A stretch of 64,000 bases of DNA from IMG/VR virus record IMGVR_UViG_3300005329_000001. The stretch is one strand, 5' to 3'. The notes beneath the pieces were generated by a model that saw only the letters and a list, made by a program, of their open reading frames with translations, searched no databases and had not been told where the DNA came from. Position 1 is the stretch's first letter. Each line of letters starts with the position of its first letter. This DNA comes from a virus. Its lineage: Duplodnaviria > Heunggongvirae > Uroviricota > Caudoviricetes. The position numbers were made by a program, and so were the translations under genes. Below, one piece after another: positions 35,119-45,100 of the stretch.

Positions 35119-37854
35119 ATGCAGACGGCAGCAGAGGACAAGAAGGTGGTGCGCCGAAACGCATCACCGAAGAGGATCCGATTCCAGCGGGTCTTCACCA
35201 CCGAGGGCGTTCATCCGTTCAACACCGTCGAGTGGGTCAGGAAAGATGCAGTAATCTACGGCAGCAAGGGGGACGTGAAGTTCCGTCAAGACGGTGTCGA
35301 AGTCCCCGGGTTCTGGAACGACACCACAGTCAACATCGTCGCTGAGAAGTACTTCCGCACCATCAATGGCGTGAAGGAAGTCTCCGCGAAGCAGATGTTC
35401 GATCGCGTCGCCTATTGGATGGCGCGTCAGGCGATCGACCAAGGGATCTTCGAGCCGGGGCATCTTCACACCTACGGCGCCCCTCCGTCGCCGCCCGATA
35501 CGATGATGTCCGTCGACGGCCAGGTGTTCTACGAGGAGCTTCTCTTCATGCTCCTTCATGGCATGTTCGCCTTCAACTCTCCGGTCTGGTTCAATGTCGG
35601 CGCGGTGGAAGTTCCGCAGTGCTCGGCCTGCTTCATCCAGCAGGTCACCGACGACATGGGCGACATCATGGACCTGGCCAAGAAGGAGGCCATGCTCTTC
35701 AAGGGCGGCTCGGGCACGGGCGGTAACCTCTCGCCCATCCGCGGCAGCATGGAGAAGCTGTCGAACGGTGGCACGGCATCTGGCCCGGTCTCGTTCATGA
35801 AGGGCTTCGACGCCTTCGCCGGCGCCATGAAGTCTGGTGGTGGTACTCGACGTGCCGCCAAGATGGTCGTTCTCAACGTTGACCACCCGGACATCGAGGA
35901 GTTCATCACCTGCAAGTCGAACGCGGAGCAGGTGGCTCACGATCTCTACTCGACGGGGAAGTACACCGCCGAGTTCAACGTTCCGGGCAATGTCTACGAG
36001 TACGTTGGCTTCCAGAACGCCAACAACTCGGTTCGTGTGACCGATGAGTTCATGAAGCTCGTCGAGAGCGACGGTGAGTTCTCGACGAAGTTCGTGAGCA
36101 CGGGCAAGCCGCACAAGAAGTACAAGGCCCGTCATCTTTGGAAGGAGATCGCCAAGGCCGCCTGGATGTGCGGCGATCCGGGTCTGCAGTTCGACACGAC
36201 CACGAACAACTGGCACACCAGCCCTGCTTCGGGCCGCATCAACGCCTCGAATCCGTGCTCGGAGTATCTCTACCTCGACAACACGGCCTGCAATCTCGGA
36301 TCACTGAACCTGCGCAAGTTCGTCAAGCTCGACAACACCTTCGACATCGAAGGCTTCGAGCACGCCTGCTCGATCGCCATCACCGCGATGGAGGCGGTCG
36401 TCGACGCCAGTTCCTACCCGTCGCCGGTCATCACGGAGAACAGCCACAGGTACCGTACACTGGGGCTCGGCTACACGAATCTGGGCGATCTTCTTACCGT
36501 GTGGGGTCTTCCGTACGACTCCAATGACGGTCGGAGTGTCGCCGGCGGCATCACTGCCATCATGGGTGGCGCAGCCCAGAGGCAGTCTGCTCTGCTTGCC
36601 GAAGTCCGCGGTCCGTTCGAGGCGTTCGAGGCCAACCGCGAGCCGATGCTCAACGTGGTCAAGATGCACCTCAATGCGGCCAAACGGATTCCGACGCCGA
36701 TGGCGAAGCAGTATCACGCCATCATCGATCGGGCGCCCGAAGTCTGGACGGAGGCGCTGCAGGCCGGAAAGAAGTTCGGCTACCGCAACGGCCAGGTCAC
36801 AGTGCTCGCCCCGACTGGAACCATCAGCTTCCTCATGTGCGCCGATACTACCGGCGTCGAGCCCAACACGGCTATCGTCCGGTACAAGAAGCTTGTCGGT
36901 GGTGGCATGGAGCGGCTGGCGACTCCCAGTGTCGAGCTCGCTCTCAAAAACCTCGGGTACTCGCCGGAAGTCATCGACGGGATCCTCGAGTACGTCGCTG
37001 AGAACGAGAAGCTTCAGGGCGCGCCGGAGTTCGACTACGAGAAGCACGGTGGCGTCTTCCCGGAAGCTATCGGACCGAACGCCCTGCGTCCAGAAGCTCA
37101 CATCCTCATGATGGCTGCGGTCCAGCCCTTCCTCTCGGGCGGCATCTCGAAGACCGTCAACATGCCAGAGAACTGCACGGTGGAGGACATCGAGAAGATC
37201 TACATGCTGTCCTGGAAGTCTGGTCTGAAGTGCGTGGCCATCTACCGGGACAAGTGCAAGCTCTCTCAGCCCATCTCCACCGAGAACAACACGCTCGAGG
37301 GCCGAGTCAAGTCGCTGGCGTGGGGTGAACGCCGTCGCCTACCGGACGAGCGCGACGCCAAGACGGCGAAAGTCAGCATCGGCGGCACGGAGGTGTACAT
37401 CACTCCGGGCTTCTTCGGGGATGGCTCTCTGGGCGAGATCTTCGTCCGCGTCTCGAAGCAGGGCTCCACGCTGAACGGCATCATGGATGCGTGGGCGACC
37501 GCCTTCAGCATCGGCCTCCAGCACGGCGTTCCGCTGGAGACGTTCATCGAGAAGTTCAGCGACCAGGAGTTCGAACCCAAGGGCTGGACGAGTCACCCGA
37601 TCATCCGCCGCGCTCGGTCCATCCCGGACTTCCTGGCGCAGTGGCTCGCTCTCAACTTCGCACCAAATGCGCAGCATCTTCTCCGACTGCGTGAGGCGCC
37701 GGCTGACGTCAAGCTGCTCACGCCGAAGGAAGAGGAGGCGAAGGCAGAGAAGGCGCCGTCTGGTCCTCCCTGCACTCGCTGCGGCAGTCTCACGAAGCGG
37801 GCAGGCTCGTGCCACCTCTGCCCGAACTGCGGTACCTCGACCGGCTGCGGATAG
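35119..37854 (+). CDS. nrdJ: Class II (adenosylcobalamin-dependent) ribonucleotide reductase
   Basis: FNSP, CSACF, GGSGTG, NASNPCSE, ACNLGSLNL, APTGTIS and GGISKTVN. C-terminal TSCPD-like domain and CxxC...CxxC...C tail. Confidence 0.95.
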   Translation: MQTAAEDKKVVRRNASPKRIRFQRVFTTEGVHPFNTVEWVRKDAVIYGSKGDVKFRQDGVEVPGFWNDTTVNIVAEKYFRTINGVKEVSAKQMFDRVAYWMARQAIDQGIFEPGHLHTYGAPPSPPDTMMSVDGQVFYEELLFMLLHGMFAFNSPVWFNVGAVEVPQCSACFIQQVTDDMGDIMDLAKKEAMLFKGGSGTGGNLSPIRGSMEKLSNGGTASGPVSFMKGFDAFAGAMKSGGGTRRAAKMVVLNVDHPDIEEFITCKSNAEQVAHDLYSTGKYTAEFNVPGNVYEYVGFQNANNSVRVTDEFMKLVESDGEFSTKFVSTGKPHKKYKARHLWKEIAKAAWMCGDPGLQFDTTTNNWHTSPASGRINASNPCSEYLYLDNTACNLGSLNLRKFVKLDNTFDIEGFEHACSIAITAMEAVVDASSYPSPVITENSHRYRTLGLGYTNLGDLLTVWGLPYDSNDGRSVAGGITAIMGGAAQRQSALLAEVRGPFEAFEANREPMLNVVKMHLNAAKRIPTPMAKQYHAIIDRAPEVWTEALQAGKKFGYRNGQVTVLAPTGTISFLMCADTTGVEPNTAIVRYKKLVGGGMERLATPSVELALKNLGYSPEVIDGILEYVAENEKLQGAPEFDYEKHGGVFPEAIGPNALRPEAHILMMAAVQPFLSGGISKTVNMPENCTVEDIEKIYMLSWKSGLKCVAIYRDKCKLSQPISTENNTLEGRVKSLAWGERRRLPDERDAKTAKVSIGGTEVYITPGFFGDGSLGEIFVRVSKQGSTLNGIMDAWATAFSIGLQHGVPLETFIEKFSDQEFEPKGWTSHPIIRRARSIPDFLAQWLALNFAPNAQHLLRLREAPADVKLLTPKEEEAKAEKAPSGPPCTRCGSLTKRAGSCHLCPNCGTSTGCG

Positions 37855-37856
37855 CT

Positions 37857-37903
37857 AAAAAACAAAGGCGGGAAGGAATGCGCAACCTTCCCGCCTTTTC
37901 TTT
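37857..37903. terminator. Bidirectional Rho-independent terminator
   Basis: AAAGGCGGGAAGG...CCTTCCCGCCTTT stem with an A-tract on the left and a T-tract on the right, between convergent genes. Confidence 0.8.
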
Positions 37904-37912
37904 AGCTTGCTC

Positions 37913-38362
37913 CTACGCTGCGCTCTCTTCGAGTATCGCATCCACCATCGCGTCGGCCACCTCTCCGCAGTCAGGGCAGACTGGCATTGCCCCACTTCTG
38001 CACTTGAGGTTCGAGCACTCGTACTCTGCAGGCGGGTCGTCGGGCCGCATCTTATGTTTCGCGCACGCCGCACACAGGTACTGGAGCTCTTCCGCAGCCT
38101 CTGATAGTGCGATCTGCTTCAGGTCGTCGATCTCATCACGTCGAACCTCCAGGAGCACTTCGTTCCTGATGACGTCTCTGAGTTCCTGGTTCTTATAGAC
38201 CCACGATGGAAGGCATGAAAGGTGGATCGTCTCCGGCTTTTCCATGTCGGAGCTGTGGTACATCTGACCTGACTTTTGACCCATCTTGGATGTTCCTGTC
38301 GACCCCTGAAAGGTTGGCTGGTCGATGTAGATGGGGAATCTGCAGTAGTCGCAAAGCATCAA
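37913..38362 (-). CDS. Zn-finger hypothetical protein
   Basis: CDYC...HLSC, CAAC, ECSNLKC and CPDCG. Confidence 0.65.
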   Translation of the reverse strand: MMLCDYCRFPIYIDQPTFQGSTGTSKMGQKSGQMYHSSDMEKPETIHLSCLPSWVYKNQELRDVIRNEVLLEVRRDEIDDLKQIALSEAAEELQYLCAACAKHKMRPDDPPAEYECSNLKCRSGAMPVCPDCGEVADAMVDAILEESAA

Positions 38363-38745
38363 CCGCCCTCCAGCGTGATGTCACCGAGTACGAGTTGGAG
38401 GTGGCTCGCTGGGCGATCCTCCTCATCTCGACGGCAGGCAGGGTTTTGACAGTATCCGTCGGTGTAGTACCCAGGAAGGCGTAGATGCCGACCCACCCCT
38501 TTGGATCGGCTCTTCAGCCTTGCGACGCAGCTCGTACAACACCACCACACTGTTCCTGCAGGGTGGTACGAGAGCTCGTGCTGCATGAGACTGCAGGTGT
38601 CGCAGTCGTACGCTCTGGTGCAGTTCCCGCGAACATGATCATTCCCGAGAACGTTGAAGCGGGGTGATCCGTCGGCGGTGAATGTGCCTCCGTTCGCCCT
38701 CCACAGCAACGGACAGAAAGCCTGCGGCACTCCATCGCCATCCAT
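38359..38745 (-). CDS. Cys-rich hypothetical protein
   Basis: FCPL, GNC...CDTC, WCCTSC and YCQNPAC. Confidence 0.6.
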   Translation of the reverse strand: MDGDGVPQAFCPLLWRANGGTFTADGSPRFNVLGNDHVRGNCTRAYDCDTCSLMQHELSYHPAGTVWWCCTSCVARLKSRSKGVGRHLRLPGYYTDGYCQNPACRRDEEDRPASHLQLVLGDITLEGG

Positions 38746-38748
38746 GAG

Positions 38749-38835
38749 TCACCCCATGCCATACAACAGCCAAAGCATCCACTGCACGCGGATCAGAAAG
38801 AACAGACAGAATGCGAGGCGGACGGCGGTGAGCAT
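38749..38835 (-). CDS. 28-aa hydrophobic peptide (not in ORF track)
   Basis: MLTAVRLAFCLFFLIRVQWMLWLLYGMG; fills the gap between neighbouring genes. Confidence 0.4.
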   Translation of the reverse strand: MLTAVRLAFCLFFLIRVQWMLWLLYGMG

Positions 38836-38836
38836 G

Positions 38837-38962
38837 TCACTCGTCGCCTTCCGGTGTGATTACCCCCGAGATTAGGTCGTCGACAGCCTCCTCGTAATCG
38901 TTGTTCTCGTCCTCCGGTTGGTTCGAGTCGTTGTCACCTGGTTCGAAACTCTCTCGGCCCAT
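38837..38962 (-). CDS. 41-aa highly acidic peptide (not in ORF track)
   Basis: MGRESFEPGDNDSNQPEDENNDYEEAVDDLISGVITPEGDE; SD GAGGGAAG. First gene after the 39.0 kb motif. Confidence 0.55.
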   Translation of the reverse strand: MGRESFEPGDNDSNQPEDENNDYEEAVDDLISGVITPEGDE

Positions 38963-39002
38963 GGCTTCCCTCTCTGCGAAAATAAAGCCTGCCTACGAAA
39001 CT

Positions 39003-39030
39003 CTTATCTCCGGCAATCTCTAGGTTTTAT
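39003..39030 (-). promoter_or_regulatory. Candidate phage promoter ATAAAA-N16-GATAAG
   Basis: Intergenic, about 40 nt upstream of the acidic peptide gene. Confidence 0.55.
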
Positions 39031-39059
39031 TTGACGTCGGATCGTCTTCTGCCTACGCT
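39031..39059 (+). promoter_or_regulatory. Sigma70-like promoter TTGACG-N17-TACGCT upstream of the RNAP gene
   Basis: Near-consensus -35, exact 17-nt spacer and a TAnnnT -10. Confidence 0.6.
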
Positions 39060-39117
39060 GGAGGCACTTGGTCGGCCCGGAGATTGCCGTCAGGCAGAGG
39101 GCTGCAAGGAGATTATC

Positions 39118-42100
39118 GTGGCCGGTACCCCAGCAGAGACCTGGAAGTCCCTCCAAGAGCGTGTCGAGTCAGCAGTGAAGAGCTACTTCCCCTTCGAAGG
39201 AAGAGCGAAGAAGTTGGTTCTTCACAATCTCTCCTTCGATGATAGTGGCGCACCGAGAGATGACATCCGCTCTCAGGAGCAAGCGAAGGATCAGAAGAAG
39301 ACCTGGGGCGCGAACGTCTTCGCCGACGTGAGCCTGATCGACAAAGCCACGGGACATGAGCTCGATCGAACCAAGATCAAGGTCATGACTCTCCCCAAGC
39401 CCACCAACCGCTACAGCTACATCGTCGACGGATCCGAGTGGCAGGTGGATAGCCTCTGGCGCCTGCGTTCGGGCGTCTACGCCCACATCAAGCAGAACGG
39501 CGAAATGGAGACCGAGTTCAACCTCGCCAAGCCGTTCGCGGGTAAGCCTCGTATCAAGATCCCGTTCGATCCAGAGTCTCGCAAGTTTCAGTTCCAGTGG
39601 GGCACCTATCACCCTCCGCTCTACTCCGTTCTCAAGGTTCTCGGCGTTCAAGACGAGGATATGAAGAAGGCGTGGGGCGAGGACATCTACAAGGCCAATG
39701 TCCCGAAGCACCCGGAGAAGGACATTGAAGAGCTCTACGCGAAGATCACCAAGAACTCGAAGCAGCAACTGCAAGGCCTAACCTACGACCAGAAGGCCTC
39801 TGCCGTTGTTGCCGAGTTCCACAAGACGGGTTTGTTGCCAGAGATGACGAAGCTCGTCTTCGGCAAGCCGTTCGACCACGTCAACGGGGAAGCTTTGCTG
39901 CTGGGCTCGCAGCGGATTCTTGGAGTGACCAAGGGCGATATCCCACAGGACGATCGCAACTCACTCGTCTTCAAGACACTGCACGGAACGGACGACTTCC
40001 TGCACGAGCAGCTCACCAAGTCCAAGATGAAGCGGACCCTTGCTGGAAAAGTCGGCAACAACATCGACCGGCAGGATAAGGTTCGCGACATCATCTCCGG
40101 CGACCTCTTCAATCGCCCCATCAAGGAGTTCTTCACGAGCTCCATGCTCTCGAAGAACCCGGAGCAGGTGAACCCGCTCGAGATGATCTCGAATCATCGA
40201 GCGACGACGATCATGGCCGAGGAGGGCGGTATCAAGAAGGAGCAGTCGGTTACGCCCGACATGAAGCTCATCAACCCCTCGCACTTCGGCTATCTCGATC
40301 CGATCCACACGCCGGAGTCGGAGCGCACCGGTATCACTCTGCACTTGCCCATCGGCGTCAAGAAGAGGGGCAACGACCCCATCATGCAGGTCTATGATCT
40401 GAAGGCGAAGCAGTTCGCCAAGGTCACGCCGGCCGAGCTACACCGAGAGAACGTGCTGCTGCCAGATCAGGTCGTCATCAGGGACGGGCGCCCGCATCCG
40501 ATTGCGGACCTCGTGAAGATGAAGGACCCGATAACACACGAGATGCTGGAGAAGCCTTTCTCCGAGGCTCGCTACCTCGTTGTTCAGCCCTCGCAGCTCT
40601 ACGATGAGGCGACCAACCTCATCCCGTTCCTGCAGAACAACCAGGGCAACCGCACGATGACCGCGTCCCGCCAGGGCACGCAGGCCGTCTCTCTGCACAA
40701 TCGCGAGCAGCCTCTCGTTCAGGTTTTGGCAGGCGGGTCTCAGACCTGGGAGAAGCTCACCGGTCTCGACTGGTCCCACAATGCTCATCACGACGGCAAG
40801 GTGGTGGAGATCAAGACCAGCAAGGAGAACGGCCACGCTGAGGCTATCGTCATTCAGGACGCGGCCGGCAAGCGACACGAGGAGCAGATCTACAACCACT
40901 TCCCGCTCAACGACTCGAAGACCTTCATCCACTCGACGCCGCTTGTGAAGGTCGGCGATTCGGTGAAGAAGGGGCAGACCCTCGCCGACACCAACTTCAC
41001 ACGGCAGGGCTCTCTGTCCCTTGGAACGAACCTTCGCGTCGCGTATTTACCGTACAAGGGGTACAACTTCGAGGACGGCATCGTCATCTCCGACTCAGCA
41101 GCAAAGAAGCTGACGTCGGAGCACTTGCACCGTCGGACGCTCGAGACAGATCCCGAGAGGGACGAGATCTCGAAGTCGAGGTTCATCGCCTTCGCCAGCA
41201 CGATGTCAAAGAAGCTGACGAAGGACCAGATGTCCAAGATCGGGACGGACGGTCTGATTCGAGTCGGTCAGCGGGTCGAGCCGGGAGACATCCTCGTTGC
41301 AGCAGTGGGCAAGAAGGACTACGCCGGCGAGACTGGTCGGTTGATGAGTCGTCTGTCGAAGAAGGCCTTCAATCTCCAAGACCGAAGCGTGGTCTGGGAT
41401 TCCGACCACCCGGGTGAGGTGGTGAAGGTCGTCAAGCTCCCGAACAACAAGGGAGCCGTCGTTCACGTCAAGACGCTCGAGTCCGCCGAGGTCGGTGACA
41501 AGATCGTCGGCCGACACGGCAACAAGGCCATCATCACCCGCATCCTGCCCGACCACGAGATGCCTCGCATCGGTGGCGCAGATGGCCAGCACGTCCAGGT
41601 CCTCATGAACCCATCCGGCGTCCCGACCCGCATCAACCTCGGTCAGATGCTCGAGACAGCCGCCTCGAAGGTCGCCGAGAAGACGGGCAAGCCCTATGTC
41701 GTCACCAACTTCGCCGGGCCGCACGTCGACTACACCAGCAAGGTGAAAGAAGACTTGGCGAAGAATGGCATCAGCGATCAAGAAACGCTCTTCGATCCGA
41801 CCAACGGCAAGAAGCTCGGAGACGTACTGACGGGCAATCAGTACATCTTCAAGCTCAAGCACCAGGTCGAGAAGAAGCTCGCCGTCCGAAGCGGAGGTCG
41901 ACAGGGCGGTGGTTCCTACACCGTCGACCACGCTCCCAAGGGCACAGGTGCGGAGCACCCCGGCCAGGGCCTGGGGCAGCTCGAGTTCTACGCTCTGCTC
42001 GCTCACGGAGCGCGCCACAACCTTCGCGAGATGGCCACCTACAAGGCCGACCAGCACCTCGGGGACAATCTCGACGACATGAATCACACCGACTTCTGGG

Positions 42101-45100
42101 ATCGCGTCCGCACGGGCCAGCCGCTGCCGGCTCCTCGCCCGACGTTCGCGTACAAGAAGTTCGAGAACCTGCTCACCGGCCTCGGCGTCAACATCCAGAA
42201 GCAAGGCAACGAGCTCCAGCTCATGCCGTTGACTGACAAGGGCGTGCTCGCTCTCTCGCACGGCGAGATCAAAGACGCTGGTCGCATGCTCCGTGGCAAA
42301 GATGCCAAGGAGCTGGAGAAGGGCCTCTTCGACCCGAAGATCACCGGCGGCCTGCCGGATGACAAGGGCAAGGGACTCTTCTGGTCTCACATCAAGATGG
42401 CCGAGCCGGTTCCCAATCCGGTGTTCGTCGGCTCGAGCAAGTCGCAGCTCGGCCCGGCCGTCATCCTATCCGGTCTTCGGTATGAAGACTTCGAAGCGGT
42501 TGCGAAGGGCAAGAAGGCCCTGCCCAACGGCGAGACAGGTGGTATCGCAATCAACAATCTTCTCAAGAAGATCGACGTCAAGGCCGAGCTGAAGAAGACG
42601 CTCGCTGAGCTCCCGAAGCTGAAGAAGGACGCGCTCAACAAGGCCAACAAGAAGGCGCGCTACCTCATCGCTCTCGACAAGCTCAACATGAAGCCGCACG
42701 AAGCGTACATGATGAACTACCTGCCGGTGCTGCCGCCGGCGTTCCGGCCCATTGTTCCGATGCCGGATGGTTCACTGCGCTACGACGACATCAACCAGTA
42801 CTACCACGCCATCGGTCTCCTCAACGATCGTCTGAAGAACCCGGTCAAGGAGCTCGGCGGTGCCTCGGAGAGGAACGTCCGCGAGCAGCTCTACGACGCC
42901 ATGAGGGCCTACGCTGGCCTCGGTGGGCGTCCGGTCTACGAGTCGAACCGCCCGATGAAGGGCATCCTCGACGTCGTTGCTGGCGATCAGCCGAAGCAAG
43001 GCTACTTCCAGAAGCGGCTCATGAAGCGCCGGCAGGAGCTCTCCATGCGCTCCACCATCATCCCGGAGCCGGCCATGCACCTCGACTACGTGGGCCTACC
43101 GAAGGAAGCGGCGATGGAGCTCTACAAGCCTTTCGTCGTGCGAGAGCTGGGTCAGGTCGGCCTCAACCCGGTCAATGCGCTGAAGGCGGTGAAGGAGAAT
43201 AGGGACATCGCCTGGAAGGCGCTCGAGAAGGCGATGGACAAGCGCCCGGTCCTCCTCAAGCGAGACCCGGCTCTGCACAAGTTCTCGATCATGGCCTTCA
43301 AGCCGAAGATGGTCGAGGGCAAGGCCATCCAGATCCACCCGCTGGTCACCGCTGGCTACAACGCTGACTTCGACGGCGACACCATGTCCGTCTTCGTCCC
43401 GCTCACGGACGAGGCAGTCAAGGAGTCCCACAAGATGTTCCCGTCGAACAACCTCTTCAGCTCGACCAGCGGCGACATCATGTACCAGCCGACGCAGGAG
43501 TCACTGCTCGGTCTTCACCTTCTGACGAAGTGGGGCAAGGAGACTGGTAAGACATTTCCCAACTTCCTCGAAGCACAGAAGGCGAAGGACAGAGGTGCTC
43601 TTGGCATGAACGACGTCTTCACCATCGGTGGCAAGAAGACGACGCTCGGCCGCATGACAATCAATAGCTACTTCCCAGACGGCTTCAAGGCCAACGAGGA
43701 ACTTCTGCACGACTCGAAGTTCACGCTCAAGAAGAAGAACGTGAAGCAGCTCCTGGGTAACCTGGCCCGCCAGGACCCGAAGAGCTTCGCCCTCACCGTC
43801 GACAAGCTGAAGGACTTGGGTAACAACTACTCCTACGAAGCGGGGTTCTCCTTCGGTCTGAAGGACCTTGATGTTCAGAAGGGGCTGCGTGATCACATCC
43901 TCCACCCCTACGATGTCGAGGCGGGAAAGATCAGGTCCAGCAAGCTCTCGAAGGAAGAGAAGGACGCCAAGCTGGTGAAGATCTACTCGATGGCGACCGA
44001 TGAGCTCGAGAAGGAGCTCCTGCCGCACTTCGAGAAGACGGACAACAAGATCTACACGATGGTGTACTCCGGTGCTCGCGGCTCGACGCCGCAGTTCCGC
44101 CAGATCACCATGGCTCCGATGCTCATGAAGGACGGCGCTGGCGGCACCATCCCCACTCCGGTCAAGAAGAGCTATGCGGAGGGTCTCGACGTCGGTGACT
44201 ACTGGACGTCTCTCCACGGCGCCCGCATGGGTACCCTGCAGAAGGTCGAAGGTACCTCTGAGCCTGGAGCTCTCACCAAAGACGTTGCTAACGTCATGAT
44301 GCCGACGCTGATCGTCTCGAACGATTGCGGTACCAAGAACGGCATCACGATGAATGTGGCCGACGTGGAGATCCAGGATCGAGTTCTGGCCAAGGAAGCG
44401 AAAGTGGGTAAGCACACGCTCGCTCCTGGCACGATCATCACTCCAGAGGTGACGGCAACTCTGCAGAAGCACGGCGTCGACAAGATCATCGTGCGGTCTC
44501 CTCTGAAGTGCGCCCACGGGCAGGGCCTGTGCGCCAAGTGCTACGGACTCAGTGAGAACGGACACTTCCACGAAGTCGGCACCAACATCGGCGTGATCGC
44601 CGGACACGCTCTTGGTGAGCCAGCGACGCAGCTCGCCATGGACTCGTTCCACACCGGTGGCGTCGCGGCGTCTCGAGGCGCCGGTGCGGTCGACAAGTTC
44701 ACTCGACTGAACCAGCTTCTCAATGTCCCCAAGATCCTGTCGCACTCTGCTACCCTATCCACCATGGAAGGGACCGTGTCTCGGATCGAGCACGACAAGG
44801 CGACGAACGGTCACTACATCCACATCGGCGGGGAACGGCACTACGTCCCGGCCGTCAACAAGGTCACCGTCGCTGTGGGCGACAAAGTCTTCCCGGGCCA
44901 CGCGCTGTCGGACGGCCCCATCAATCCCCGCGAGCTCTTGCCGCTGACCGACATCCACAATGTGCAGAACTACGTCACGAACAGCCTACACAACGATGTG
45001 TACAAGGACGAGCACGTCAAGCGCCGCAACATCGAGACAGTAGTGCGCTCTCTGACCAACCTCGCTCGCGTCGAGGATCCGGGCGATTCGGCACACCTGC

